Shown piece by piece: positions 39,594 through 49,730 of a stretch of DNA of 64,000 bases (its first letter is position 1; each line of letters begins with the position of its first letter). The stretch is from an uncultured Acetobacteraceae bacterium (GTDB lineage: Bacteria; Pseudomonadota; Alphaproteobacteria; Acetobacterales; Acetobacteraceae): positions 5,126 through 69,125 of the forward strand of contig CAXTBW010000003.1 of assembly GCA_964242925.1 (NCBI GenBank), read 5' to 3'. The position numbers were made by a program, and so were the translations under genes. A model generated the notes under the pieces. It did no database searches and had not been told where the DNA came from. It worked only from the letters and a program-made list of their open reading frames with translations.

Positions 39594-40303
39594 TTAGCGG
39601 TGGCGGCGGTATCGGTGAACCATAGCAATTCGCCGACCGGGCGGACATGCGCGGCGGGGAGGGCCTCGTCGCCGGCTAGGACGCGGGCGAGGATGTCGCG
39701 CTTTCCCTCGCCGTTGGCGATGAACGCCACGACGCGGCTGCTGTCGAGCGCCGGGTAGGTGAGGGTAAGGCGCGGCTCCGGCTTGGCGCCGACGACGGCG
39801 GCAGTCCAGGCCATGCGTTCCTGCAAGGCGCCGACTCCGGGGAACAACGACGCAGTGTGGCCGTCCTCGCCGAGGCCTAGGAACATCACGTCGAACAGCG
39901 GGCGCGCCGGGTCGAGCGAGTCGCCGCCGTAGAACCGCTTCAGCGTGTCGGCGTAGTGCAGCGCGGCGTGTTCTGGGTCGCCTTCGGTCTGCCACGGATG
40001 GACTTGCGCCTCCGGGAGCGGCACGTGGGACAGCATCGCCTCGCGCGCCATGCGGTAGTTGCTATCCGGGTGGTCGTGCGGGACGAAACGCTCGTCGCCA
40101 AAGAATACGTGGGTGCGGTCCCACGGGAAGCGGCTGACGAACGGCTCTGCCGCAAGGAGGGTGTAAAGGGTTTTGGGCGTCGAGCCGCCGGACAGCGACC
40201 ACGCGAAACGGCCCGGGGTGGCGAGCGCACGCTCGGTCACCCATTCGGCGACGCGGCGGGCGACGGCGGCGCCGTCCGGCTGAATGTCGAGGATAGGGCT
40301 CAT
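39590..40303 (-). CDS. pgl: 6-phosphogluconolactonase
   Basis: LSGGSTP, FGDERFVP, SNY, GEDGHTASLFP. Confidence 0.96.
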   Translation of the reverse strand: MSPILDIQPDGAAVARRVAEWVTERALATPGRFAWSLSGGSTPKTLYTLLAAEPFVSRFPWDRTHVFFGDERFVPHDHPDSNYRMAREAMLSHVPLPEAQVHPWQTEGDPEHAALHYADTLKRFYGGDSLDPARPLFDVMFLGLGEDGHTASLFPGVGALQERMAWTAAVVGAKPEPRLTLTYPALDSSRVVAFIANGEGKRDILARVLAGDEALPAAHVRPVGELLWFTDTAATAK

Positions 40304-41118
40304 GTTAGGAGGAACTTCTCGACGGCTTTGGCGAAACCTTCGTCGTCGTAGCTGTCGGTCACGGCGTCCGCCTCCTTCTGCACGGCCTCGCTGGCGTTGC
40401 CCATCGCGATGGCGAAGCCGCTCGGCTTGAACATGAGGACGTCATTCGGCTGGTCGCCGATGGTGACGATCTCGCCTGGCGCGATGTTCATGGTGCGCGC
40501 GAGATATGCGACCACGCCGCCCTTGTTCGCCTCGGGGTGGGTGACGTCCAGGTAGTACGGCTGGGACAAGGCCGCGGAGACTTTCTTGCCGAGCGCCTCG
40601 TGAACAGCCTTCACGCAGGCGCCGATCTTGTCGGCGTCGTCGCTCACGCCGACGATCTTGACTGCTTGCTTGAAGTGTTCCTCGGTGAACGCGTCGACCA
40701 CGATGGGCGGGAACTGCACGGTGTGCTCCTCCCGCTCGCGGTGCGGGGCGTCCTTGTCGCGGAGCAGCCAGTCGTCGCCGGCGTAAACCCAGACATCCAG
40801 GCCGGCTTTCTCGATCAGCTCGGCCGTTTGTTTCGCCGCGGCCGGCTCGATGGTGCGGCTTTCGACGATCGAGAGGTCGCGTTTGACAAACAGGCCGCCG
40901 TTGAAGCCGGCGATGACGGTCGTGACGTTCAACGGGCCGAAGAGCATCTTCATGCCCTTTGGCGGCCGGCCGGAAGTCAGCGCGAACTGGATGCCTTTGG
41001 CGGCCAGGTCGCGCACCGCCGTCTGGGCGCGCTCGGTCAGCACCTTGTCCTTGGTGACGAGGGTCCCGTCGACGTCGGCGAGGAGGAGCTTGATGGTGTC
41101 GGGGCGAGGCCGGGCCAT
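40300..41118 (-). CDS. Cof-type HAD-IIB hydrolase
   Basis: ADVDGTL, TSGRPP, IGDQPND, AMGNA. Confidence 0.92.
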   Translation of the reverse strand: MARPRPDTIKLLLADVDGTLVTKDKVLTERAQTAVRDLAAKGIQFALTSGRPPKGMKMLFGPLNVTTVIAGFNGGLFVKRDLSIVESRTIEPAAAKQTAELIEKAGLDVWVYAGDDWLLRDKDAPHREREEHTVQFPPIVVDAFTEEHFKQAVKIVGVSDDADKIGACVKAVHEALGKKVSAALSQPYYLDVTHPEANKGGVVAYLARTMNIAPGEIVTIGDQPNDVLMFKPSGFAIAMGNASEAVQKEADAVTDSYDDEGFAKAVEKFLLT

Positions 41119-41126
41119 GGTGTTTC

Positions 41127-41924
41127 CTAAGTCAGCACGAGGCGTTCGATCGCGTCCGCCCAGCCGTCTTGCTGGTTGCTGCCGGTGTGCTGCTTCGCCT
41201 CCGCGGCGACGGGAGGGGGCGCGTTGCCCATGGCGATGCTATGCCCGGCGACGCGGAACATCGGCACGTCGTTGGACTGGTCGCCGATGGCGCAGACGTC
41301 CGCGATGTCGATGCCGAACCACTTCGCGAGCGCGTTGCAGGCAGTGCCCTTGTCGGCCGACGGGTTGGTCACGTCGAGGTAGTACTTTTGGGAGCGATGG
41401 GCGTGCGCGGTGTGGCCGAGGAGGCCTTGCAACTCCGTCTCGCAGTCCGCCAGATGGTCGAACTTCGCGGAGGCGCCGACAATCTTGCCGCAACGGGCGA
41501 TGAACGGCTCGAAATCGTCCACCACGGTGGGCTCGAAACGAACGGTCATGCGCTCCTTCGGGACGTAGTCGCCGGCGAGGTCCTTGATGATCCACTGGTT
41601 GTCGGCGAACAGCCAAGGGCTGACGCCGCGCTTGGCGAACAGGTCCAGGCTGGTGCGCACGGCGGCCTCCGGGACGAACCGTTCCTCGATCACCGCGCCA
41701 TCGGGCGCAAGGATGGCGCCGCCATTGAAACCGCCCAACGGCCCCGTGAGGCCGAGGTCCATGGTGAGAAACGCCATGCCGCGCGGCGGACGGCTGCTGA
41801 CCAGGGCAAGGTGAATGCCGGCATCGCGCAGCCGGTGGGCGGCGGCGATGGTGGCCGGGGTCAACACCTTGTCGTCGGTGACCATGGTGCCGTCCACATC
41901 GGAGACGACGAGCTTGATCGCCAT
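41127..41924 (-). CDS. Cof-type HAD-IIB hydrolase (paralog)
   Basis: SDVDGTM, SSRPP, IGDQSND, AMGNA. Confidence 0.92.
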   Translation of the reverse strand: MAIKLVVSDVDGTMVTDDKVLTPATIAAAHRLRDAGIHLALVSSRPPRGMAFLTMDLGLTGPLGGFNGGAILAPDGAVIEERFVPEAAVRTSLDLFAKRGVSPWLFADNQWIIKDLAGDYVPKERMTVRFEPTVVDDFEPFIARCGKIVGASAKFDHLADCETELQGLLGHTAHAHRSQKYYLDVTNPSADKGTACNALAKWFGIDIADVCAIGDQSNDVPMFRVAGHSIAMGNAPPPVAAEAKQHTGSNQQDGWADAIERLVLT

Positions 41925-43465
41925 CAGCCGAGCGCCCGCCAACGGCGACCATCCAGCGACATCAGCGCGTCGGCCTCGGCTGGACCGTCGCTGCCGGCGG
42001 GATAGGTGTGGATCTTATCGCCGCCCTTCGCAACCGCGTCGAGCACAGGCTGCACGGCCTGCCAGCCGGCCTCGATGTTGTCGGCGCGGTTGAACAGCGT
42101 CGGATCGCCGATCAAGACGTCGTAGATCAGCGTCTCGTAGCCGGTGGACGGCGGCAGCTCGAAATAGTCCTCGTACTTGAAATCCATGCGGACCGGTTTC
42201 AGCACGACCTTCGTGCCGGGTTGCTTCGCGCTGAAATACAGCGAGATGCCCTCATGCGGCTGCAGATGAAGAATCATCGCGTTAGGCGTAAGCTTATCCA
42301 CGGGCGTGTCGCGAAACATCGCGAACGGCGCCTGTTTGAAGTACACGGCGATCTCGGTTTTGCGCGACGCCATGCGCTTGCCGGTGCGCAGATAGAACGG
42401 CACGCCGGCCCAGCGCCAGTTGTCGATCATCAGCCGGAGGGCGACGTAGGTCTCGACAGTGGAGTCCGGCGCCACGTCCGGCTCCTGCGTGTAGCCCTGG
42501 ACGTCGCCGTCCTTCATGCGGCCGGCCACGTATTGCCCGCGAACGACGTTGCGCTCCACGTCGTCGGCAGTCATCGGGTGGATGGCCTCGATCACCTTGG
42601 CCTTCTCGGTGCGGACAGCGTCGGCGTCGAAAGAGTTAGGCGGCTCCATGGCGAGCATCGACAGCAACTGGAACATGTGGTTCGGCACCATGTCGCGCAG
42701 CGCGCCCGTAATCTCGTAGAACTTGCCGCGCTTCTCGACACCTACGGTCTCGGCGGCGGTGATCTCGACATGGTCGATATGGTCGCGATTCCACAGCGGT
42801 TCGAAGAAGCCGTTGGCGAACCGCAGCGCCATGATGTTCTGAACCGTCTCCTTGCCGAGGAAATGATCGATCCGGTAGATCTGGTTCTCTTCCAGCTGGG
42901 ACAGGATGTGCGCGTTCAGCTCCTTCGCGGAGGCAAGGTCGTGGCCAAACGGCTTCTCGATCACGACACGGCGGAACGTGCCCCCCTTCTCCTTGGTCAG
43001 CCCGGCCCCGTGCAGTTGGTCGATGATGCCGCCGAAGAACCGGTCGGCCACGGCCAGGTAGAACACCGCGTTGCCGTCGCCCAGCCGCTGCCCGAGCGAC
43101 TGGAACGTTTCGGGCTTGGTGAAGTCGCCAGCCACATAATGCAGCCGCTGCTCGAGCCAACCCCACCATTCGGTGTTGAGGTTGGCTTCGGCGAACTCGC
43201 CGCCGGCGGCGGGCGTGAAGCTCTGCATCATGGTCTTCTGCCGGTCGCGGAAGTCGTCGTCCGCGCCAGCGTCGCGGTCGACGCCCAGAACGCTGAATCC
43301 GTCGTTCAGCAGCTTGCCGCCCGCCAAGTTGTAGAGAGCCGGCATCAGCAATCGCTTTGTCAGGTCCCCATTGGCGCCGAAGATCACCATCGTGCACGCA
43401 GGCGCCGGCTCCGCGGTCTTGGCGAGCGCCTCGGTGCCGTGCAGCGCCTCGTGCGTCTCGCTCAC
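41924..43465 (-). CDS. zwf: Glucose-6-phosphate dehydrogenase
   Basis: [34 protein letters not shown]. Confidence 0.97.
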   Translation of the reverse strand: MSETHEALHGTEALAKTAEPAPACTMVIFGANGDLTKRLLMPALYNLAGGKLLNDGFSVLGVDRDAGADDDFRDRQKTMMQSFTPAAGGEFAEANLNTEWWGWLEQRLHYVAGDFTKPETFQSLGQRLGDGNAVFYLAVADRFFGGIIDQLHGAGLTKEKGGTFRRVVIEKPFGHDLASAKELNAHILSQLEENQIYRIDHFLGKETVQNIMALRFANGFFEPLWNRDHIDHVEITAAETVGVEKRGKFYEITGALRDMVPNHMFQLLSMLAMEPPNSFDADAVRTEKAKVIEAIHPMTADDVERNVVRGQYVAGRMKDGDVQGYTQEPDVAPDSTVETYVALRLMIDNWRWAGVPFYLRTGKRMASRKTEIAVYFKQAPFAMFRDTPVDKLTPNAMILHLQPHEGISLYFSAKQPGTKVVLKPVRMDFKYEDYFELPPSTGYETLIYDVLIGDPTLFNRADNIEAGWQAVQPVLDAVAKGGDKIHTYPAGSDGPAEADALMSLDGRRWRALG

Positions 43466-44439
43466 GCCTTGGGCTCCACGTGGCCGCCAAAGCCGAAGCG
43501 CATGGCGGACAGCATCTTCTCGCCAAAGGTGTGCTCCTGGCGGGAGCGGAAGCGCGCGAACAGGGAGGCGGCGAGCACGGGGACGGGGACGGCCTCCTCC
43601 ACGGCCGCGTCGATGGTCCAGCGGCCCTCTCCGCTATCCGACACGTCGCCGGTGAACTTCTCGAGCTTCTCGTCCGACGCCAACGCCAGGGCGGTCAGGT
43701 CAAGCAGCCAGGAGGAAATGACCGAGCCGCGGCGCCAGACCTCGGCGATGTCGCCCATGTTCAGGCTGAAGCGCTCGGACTCGACCAGTTCGTGGCTGTC
43801 CTTGTTCTTGAGAATGTCGAAGCCCTCGGCGTAGGCCTGCATGATCCCGTATTCGATGCCGTTATGCACCATCTTGACGAAGTGCCCGGCGCCGGCGGGG
43901 CCGCAGTGCAGGTAGCCTTGCTCGGCCGTCGGATTGCGGCCTTCGCGGTTCGGCGTCTTGTCGATCGTGCCCTCGCCGGGCGCCAGCGCGGACAGGATCG
44001 GGTCGAGGTATTTCACCGCCGCGTCCTCGCCGCCGATCATCATGCAGTAGCCGCGCTGAAGGCCCCACACCCCGCCGGACGTGCCGACGTCGACGTAGAC
44101 GACGCCCTTCTCGCGCAACGCTGCGGCGCGGCGGATGTCGTCCTTGTACATGCTGTTGCCGCCATCGATGATGATGTCGCCCTTGCCCATCATCCCGCCG
44201 AGCGCTTGCACGGTGTCCTCGGTGATCTTGCCGGACGGCAGCATGACCCAGACGATCTTCGGCGAGGGCAGCTGCTTGACCATGTCCTCCAGCCCGTTCG
44301 ACTTCGCGGCCCCCTGGCCGACGATGCCGTCCACTGCCTTCTCGCTGTTGTCGTAGACCACGCATTCGTGGCCGTGCTTCATCAGACGCAGGCTGATGTT
44401 GCCGCCCATGCGGCCCAGGCCAATCACGCCAAGCTTCAT
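43462..44439 (-). CDS. gnd: 6-phosphogluconate dehydrogenase (short, NAD-type)
   Basis: [36 protein letters not shown]. Confidence 0.95.
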   Translation of the reverse strand: MKLGVIGLGRMGGNISLRLMKHGHECVVYDNSEKAVDGIVGQGAAKSNGLEDMVKQLPSPKIVWVMLPSGKITEDTVQALGGMMGKGDIIIDGGNSMYKDDIRRAAALREKGVVYVDVGTSGGVWGLQRGYCMMIGGEDAAVKYLDPILSALAPGEGTIDKTPNREGRNPTAEQGYLHCGPAGAGHFVKMVHNGIEYGIMQAYAEGFDILKNKDSHELVESERFSLNMGDIAEVWRRGSVISSWLLDLTALALASDEKLEKFTGDVSDSGEGRWTIDAAVEEAVPVPVLAASLFARFRSRQEHTFGEKMLSAMRFGFGGHVEPKA

Positions 44440-44536
44440 ACCAATGCTCCTGTAACTACCGCATGTTCGCGAAACCGATACGCCCGGCCAGCATTACGCC
44501 AGGCGACCGCATTGCGGCCGCCTGGCGTTGTCATGG

Positions 44537-47398
44537 CTATAGCGCCGCGGTGATGGCGGCCGACAGCGTCTGCAACCCGGCTTCCAGCCCGCCCGTGATG
44601 TGGACCCGCAACGCGCGGCGGCCACGCTCCGCAAGCACGTCGAAGTCGCCGCGCGCCTGCGCCGCCTTCACCACGCTGAACGTGTAGCGCTCACCTGGCA
44701 CGGCGAGGTCCGCCGCATCCGCTGCGGTGATCTGGGTGAACACGCCGCTGTTAGGTCCGCCCTTATAGGCCTGGCCTGTCGAGTGCAGGAACCGCGGCCC
44801 GAACTCGGCGACCGTGGCGACGCGCTTGGCGTCGCGGATCGCCGTGCGCAGCGTCTGCAGCAGCGCGATGTGCTCCGGCGTGCGCTGGATGTAGGCGATC
44901 AGAGCCGCGTAGTCGCCCTCGCCCAGCCGGGCCAAGTGGGCCTTCATGACCGCCGCCAGGGTGTTGCCGGCCTTGGACAGCTCGGCGGCGTTCTTCTCGT
45001 CGCTGAACAGCTGCACGGCGCCCTCGGTCAGGAATGGCGTCTCGTCCGGCAGCTTGCCGGTGTCGTTGTAGGCGTTGGTCAGCTTCTTGGTGACGATCTT
45101 GCTCGCCTCGACGTCCGGCTGATCGAAGGGATCGATGCCGATGATCGAGCCGGCCACGGCGGTGGCGAACTCCCATAGAAAGAACGCTTGGCCGATCTGC
45201 ATCGTGTTGGTCAGCTCCACCGTCACGACCGGCTGCCCGGCCTTGGCGAGCGCGCCCATGGCGGCCTCCTGCGCCGGGTCGGGCGCGTCGCGCAGGCGCA
45301 GGTAGGCGAATACGCGGTCGTCGCCGTAATGCGAGGCGTCGGCCAGCGGTTCGTTGTCCACGGGGACGATGCCGTGGCCCTGCTTGCCGGTGCTCTCGGC
45401 CAGCAGCTGCTCCAGCCAGGCGCCCACGTCGGCAATGCCAGGCGAGGCCACGATGGTGACCTTGTCGCGCCCAGTGGTGGCGCCGATGCCCAACACGGCG
45501 CCGAGCTGCACGCCAAGGTTCTGCGAGGGCGGCGTGCCGGCGGCGCAGGCGCGCACCATCAAGGCGGTTGCGTGCAGGAACTGCTCGACGTCGACGCCCA
45601 TCGCCGCGGCTGGGACCATGCCGAAGTTGGACAGCACGGAGTAGCGGCCGCCGATTGCCGGGTCGCCGTAGAAGATGTTGCGGAAGCCGTCGGACTCCGC
45701 GACCGTCTGCATGTGCGACTTGGGGTCGGTGATCGCCACGAAGTGGGAAGCGGCCTTGTCGGCGCCAACCGCCTTGGTCATCGCGTCGAAGAAATACGCC
45801 TTCAGGATGTTCGGCTCGAGCGTGCCGCCGGACTTGCTGGACACGATGCACAATGTGGTCGCCATCGTGACCTTCGCTTCGAACGCCGCGATCTGCTGCG
45901 GGTCGGTGCTGTCCAGCACGTGCAAGGTCGGATAGCCGCCGCGCTTGCCGAACGTCTCGGCCAGAACCTCCGGCCCGAGGCTTGAGCCGCCCATGCCGAG
46001 CAGCAGCACATCGGTGAATCCGGCAGCCTTCACGTCCTCCTGGAAGGCCTGCAGGGTGGCCAAGTTGGCAATGCGGTCGTTCACGATGTCAAGCCAGGCG
46101 AGCCATTTGGCCTCGTCTTTGCCAGTCCACAGCGACGCTTCGCGCGCCCAGAGGTCCCGCACCTTGCCGGCCTCGCGCCAATCGTCCAGCGCCTCGTCGA
46201 CCGCCTTGCCCATCGCCTCGGGAAGGGACGTGGTCAGGGTCGCCAGCTTGCCGCCGAGCATCTTGCTGCGCTTGGCCGCGACAGCCCCCAATAGGTCGTC
46301 GGCGGCCTTGGCGAATTGCTTCACGCCGTCCTCGACCAAGTCATGGGTAACCTTGTCGAGGTCGAGGCCGAGCCGCTTGGCCGTGCCGAGCACCTCCTTC
46401 GCGTCGTCGACGCCGACGGTAAGCGCCTCCTTGCCATGGCCGTGGTCGCGGTAGGCGTCCATGGTCGCGGGCGGCATGGTGTTGACGGTCTCGCGGCCAA
46501 TCAGCTCGTCCACGTACAGCGTGTCCGGATACGCTTTGTCCTTCACGCCGGTGCTGGCCCACAGCAGGCGCTGCGGCATGGCGCCCGCCGAGGCGAGCTT
46601 CTTCCAGCGTTCGCTGCCGACCAGTTCGAGGTAGTGCTGATACGCCATCTTCGCGTTGGCGATGGCGACCTTGCCGCGCAGGCGCTTCAGCTCGGGCGCC
46701 TCCTGTCCGCCGGCCGCGGCGCGCGCGTCGATCTGCTTGTCGATCTGCGCGTCGATGCGGCTGACGAAGAAGCTCGCGACGCTGGCCACGCGGCTGACGT
46801 CGCCGCCTTTCTCCTTGAAGTGCTCCAGCCCGGCGATGAACGCCTCCGCGACGTCCTTGTACGCCTTCTGCGCGAACAGCAGGGTGACGTTGATGTTCAT
46901 GCCCTCGCCGATCAGCGTCGTGATTGCCGGCGTGCCCTCCACCGTCCCTGGAACCTTCACCATGAGGTTGTCGCGCCCGACCAGCTTCCACAGCCGCCGC
47001 GCCTCGGCGACGGTGTCCTCCGTGCGCAGAGCGAGGTAAGGCGACACCTCGAGCGACACGTAGCCGTCGACGCGATTGGTGGCGTCGTACACCGGGCGCA
47101 GCAGGTCCGCGGCGTGCTGGATGTCCTGGATCGCCAGGCTCTCGTAGACGGTCTGCGCGTCCAGGTCGCCCTTGTCGGCGAGCTCCTTGAACCCGGCGTC
47201 GTAGTTCGGGCCGTGACCCATCGCCTTCTCGAAAATCGACGGGTTGGACGTCATGCCTTTCAGCCCGTCGCGGTCGATCATGGTCTGCAGCGACCCGTCG
47301 GTCAGGAAAGCGCGCTCGATGAAGTCCAGCCAGGGAGACTGGCCGAGCGCCTCGAGCGCCTTCAGCGAGTTGGTGGTGGTCGGGGAGTTGATGTCCAT
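44537..47398 (-). CDS. tal-pgi: Bifunctional transaldolase/phosphoglucose isomerase
   Basis: TSNPSIF, VSLEVSP, RLLWASTG followed by GMGGSSLG, SKSGGTLE, GGRYSV, DQPDVE. Confidence 0.95.
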   Translation of the reverse strand: MDINSPTTTNSLKALEALGQSPWLDFIERAFLTDGSLQTMIDRDGLKGMTSNPSIFEKAMGHGPNYDAGFKELADKGDLDAQTVYESLAIQDIQHAADLLRPVYDATNRVDGYVSLEVSPYLALRTEDTVAEARRLWKLVGRDNLMVKVPGTVEGTPAITTLIGEGMNINVTLLFAQKAYKDVAEAFIAGLEHFKEKGGDVSRVASVASFFVSRIDAQIDKQIDARAAAGGQEAPELKRLRGKVAIANAKMAYQHYLELVGSERWKKLASAGAMPQRLLWASTGVKDKAYPDTLYVDELIGRETVNTMPPATMDAYRDHGHGKEALTVGVDDAKEVLGTAKRLGLDLDKVTHDLVEDGVKQFAKAADDLLGAVAAKRSKMLGGKLATLTTSLPEAMGKAVDEALDDWREAGKVRDLWAREASLWTGKDEAKWLAWLDIVNDRIANLATLQAFQEDVKAAGFTDVLLLGMGGSSLGPEVLAETFGKRGGYPTLHVLDSTDPQQIAAFEAKVTMATTLCIVSSKSGGTLEPNILKAYFFDAMTKAVGADKAASHFVAITDPKSHMQTVAESDGFRNIFYGDPAIGGRYSVLSNFGMVPAAAMGVDVEQFLHATALMVRACAAGTPPSQNLGVQLGAVLGIGATTGRDKVTIVASPGIADVGAWLEQLLAESTGKQGHGIVPVDNEPLADASHYGDDRVFAYLRLRDAPDPAQEAAMGALAKAGQPVVTVELTNTMQIGQAFFLWEFATAVAGSIIGIDPFDQPDVEASKIVTKKLTNAYNDTGKLPDETPFLTEGAVQLFSDEKNAAELSKAGNTLAAVMKAHLARLGEGDYAALIAYIQRTPEHIALLQTLRTAIRDAKRVATVAEFGPRFLHSTGQAYKGGPNSGVFTQITAADAADLAVPGERYTFSVVKAAQARGDFDVLAERGRRALRVHITGGLEAGLQTLSAAITAAL

Positions 47399-47410
47399 GG
47401 TGGCCGGCTC

Positions 47411-49495
47411 CTAGCGCTTGGCTTGTTTGCGGGCTGCGTCCAGCACGGCTTCGGGGGTGAAGCCGAACTGCTTCTGCAAGGCGGCGAGGGGCGCCGAAGC
47501 GCCGAAGGTGTGCATGCCGATCATGGCGCCGCCCCAGCCGATGTAGCGGTCCCAACCGAGCGTGGCCGCCTGCTCGACGGCGACCCGGCCCTTGACGGAC
47601 GGCGGCAGGACGCTCTCGCGGTAAGCCTCGTCCTGCTGCTCGAACAGCTCCCACGACGGCATCGACACGACGCGGGCCTTCACGCCCTCGGCCTTCAGCG
47701 CCTCGTACGCGCCCATGCAGAGCGCCAGCTCCGACCCGGTCGCCATCAGGATGACGGACGGTGCGCCCTCGCAATCCGCAACGGTGTAGGCGCCCTTGTG
47801 GAGCCCCTTGGCGGAGGCGAACTTGCTGCGGTCGATGGTCGGCAGCGCCTGGCGGCTGAGGATGAGGCTGACCGGACGGTTGTGCACCGTCATCGCCACG
47901 CGCCAGGCCTCGGCGACCTCGTTGGCGTCCGCCGGGCGCAGCGTGATCATGCCGGGGATGGCGCGCAGGGTGGCGATCTGCTCGATCGGCTGGTGGGTCG
48001 GACCGTCCTCGCCGACGCCGATGCTGTCATGGGTGAAGATGTAGATGACCGGCAGCTCCATGATGGCGGAGAGCCGGATGGGCGCCTTCATGTAATCGGA
48101 GAAGATGAGGAAGCCGCTGCCGTAGGAACGCAGGCCGGACAGCGCGATGCCGTTCACGATGGAGCCCATCGCGTGCTCGCGGATGCCGAAATGCAGGTTG
48201 CGGCCGCCGTAGTTGTCCGCCTCGAACGATCCGACGCCGTCGAAGGTGAGGTTGGACTTGGTGGAGGGCGCCAGGTCCGCCGCGCCGCCCAGCAGCCATG
48301 GCACGTGCTTGGCGACGGCGTTCAGCACCTTCTGCGAGGAATCGCGCGACGCAACGCCCTTCTCGTCCGCCGGGAACACGGGGATGTCGCTGTCCCAGCC
48401 GTCCGGCAGCTCGTGGCGGTCGATCATCTCGATCTCCGCGGCCAGCTCGGGGTAGGCTTCGCGATAACGCGCGAACAGGTCCATCCACTCCTTGCGACCG
48501 GCGGCGCCGCGCGCGCCCATCACCTCGGCGAAGCGTTCGTGGACGCCGTCGGGAACCAGGAATTGCGCGTCCTCGGGCCAGCCGTAGCTGCGCTTGGCGC
48601 CGCGGATCTCCTCGTCGCCGAGCGGCTCGCCATGCGCCTCGCGGGTGCCGGCCTTCTTCGGGGCGCCGAAGCCGATGATGCTGTGCACCACGACGATAGT
48701 GGGCCCCGCCGTATACGCCTTGGCTTCCTCCAGCGCCGCCTTGACCTTGGCGGTGTCGTTTGCGTCGTCGACGTGGATGACGTTCCACTCCATCGCCTTC
48801 AGCCGCGCGCCGACGTCGTCGCTGAACGCCAGGCTGGTGGCGCCCTCGATGGTGATGTGGTTGCTGTCGTAGATCCACGTCAGGTTGCTGAGATGCAGGT
48901 GCCCGGCGACGGAGGCGGCCTCGTTGGACACGCCCTCCATCATGCAGCCGTCGCCGCATAGCGCGTACACGTGGTAGTCGTACAGCGGGAACCCGGGCTT
49001 GTTGTAGCGGTGCGCCATGAAGCGTTGCGCCATCGCCATGCCGACGCTGTTGGACACGCCCTGCGCCAGCGGCCCAGTCGTGGTCTCGACGCCCGAGGTC
49101 AAGCGGTATTCCGGGTGGCCCGGCGTCACCGACGAGAGTTGGCGGAATTGCCGGATGTCGTCGATCGTGACCGCGTAGGGACCCTTGTCCTTGTGCTCGA
49201 TGTCGGACGCCACCTGCGCCAGGTGCAGCAGCGAGTAGAGCAACATCGAGGCGTGGCCGACCGACAGCACGAAGCGGTCGCGGTTGGGCCAGTGCGGGTC
49301 CGCCGGGTCGTAGCGCAGCATCTGCTGCCACAGGGTGTAGGCGACCGGCGCCATGCCCATCGGGGTTCCGGGATGGCCCGATTTCGCCTTCTGGACGGCA
49401 TCCATGGACAGGGTGCGAATCGTGTTGATGGCGACCTGGTCGATGTCGCCTTGCGGCTTGGTGGACGCGGAATGCGTCTGTACCGGCTGGTCCAT
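47411..49495 (-). CDS. tkt: Transketolase
   Basis: SGHPG, NRDRFVLS, GDGCMMEG, THDSIGVGEDGPTHQP. Confidence 0.98.
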   Translation of the reverse strand: MDQPVQTHSASTKPQGDIDQVAINTIRTLSMDAVQKAKSGHPGTPMGMAPVAYTLWQQMLRYDPADPHWPNRDRFVLSVGHASMLLYSLLHLAQVASDIEHKDKGPYAVTIDDIRQFRQLSSVTPGHPEYRLTSGVETTTGPLAQGVSNSVGMAMAQRFMAHRYNKPGFPLYDYHVYALCGDGCMMEGVSNEAASVAGHLHLSNLTWIYDSNHITIEGATSLAFSDDVGARLKAMEWNVIHVDDANDTAKVKAALEEAKAYTAGPTIVVVHSIIGFGAPKKAGTREAHGEPLGDEEIRGAKRSYGWPEDAQFLVPDGVHERFAEVMGARGAAGRKEWMDLFARYREAYPELAAEIEMIDRHELPDGWDSDIPVFPADEKGVASRDSSQKVLNAVAKHVPWLLGGAADLAPSTKSNLTFDGVGSFEADNYGGRNLHFGIREHAMGSIVNGIALSGLRSYGSGFLIFSDYMKAPIRLSAIMELPVIYIFTHDSIGVGEDGPTHQPIEQIATLRAIPGMITLRPADANEVAEAWRVAMTVHNRPVSLILSRQALPTIDRSKFASAKGLHKGAYTVADCEGAPSVILMATGSELALCMGAYEALKAEGVKARVVSMPSWELFEQQDEAYRESVLPPSVKGRVAVEQAATLGWDRYIGWGGAMIGMHTFGASAPLAALQKQFGFTPEAVLDAARKQAKR

Positions 49496-49730
49496 CGTCT
49501 GTTCCCCTATGTCATACCCGGCGTGGCAGCGCCGGCCGCGAGCGCTCACGCCGCCTAGCATGCCACGCCTCTAGGCAAAACCCATGGCCACACGCTTACA
49601 CCCTACCCCGCGTCGCTGGCCCTGGTTGGTGACACATGGTCAGCGCCGCTCACTATCACGTGAACGAATGTGCATCGCATAATCCGGCGCCGCGGCTGAC
49701 GAACACACTAGGCGAAACCATAACAACTCC

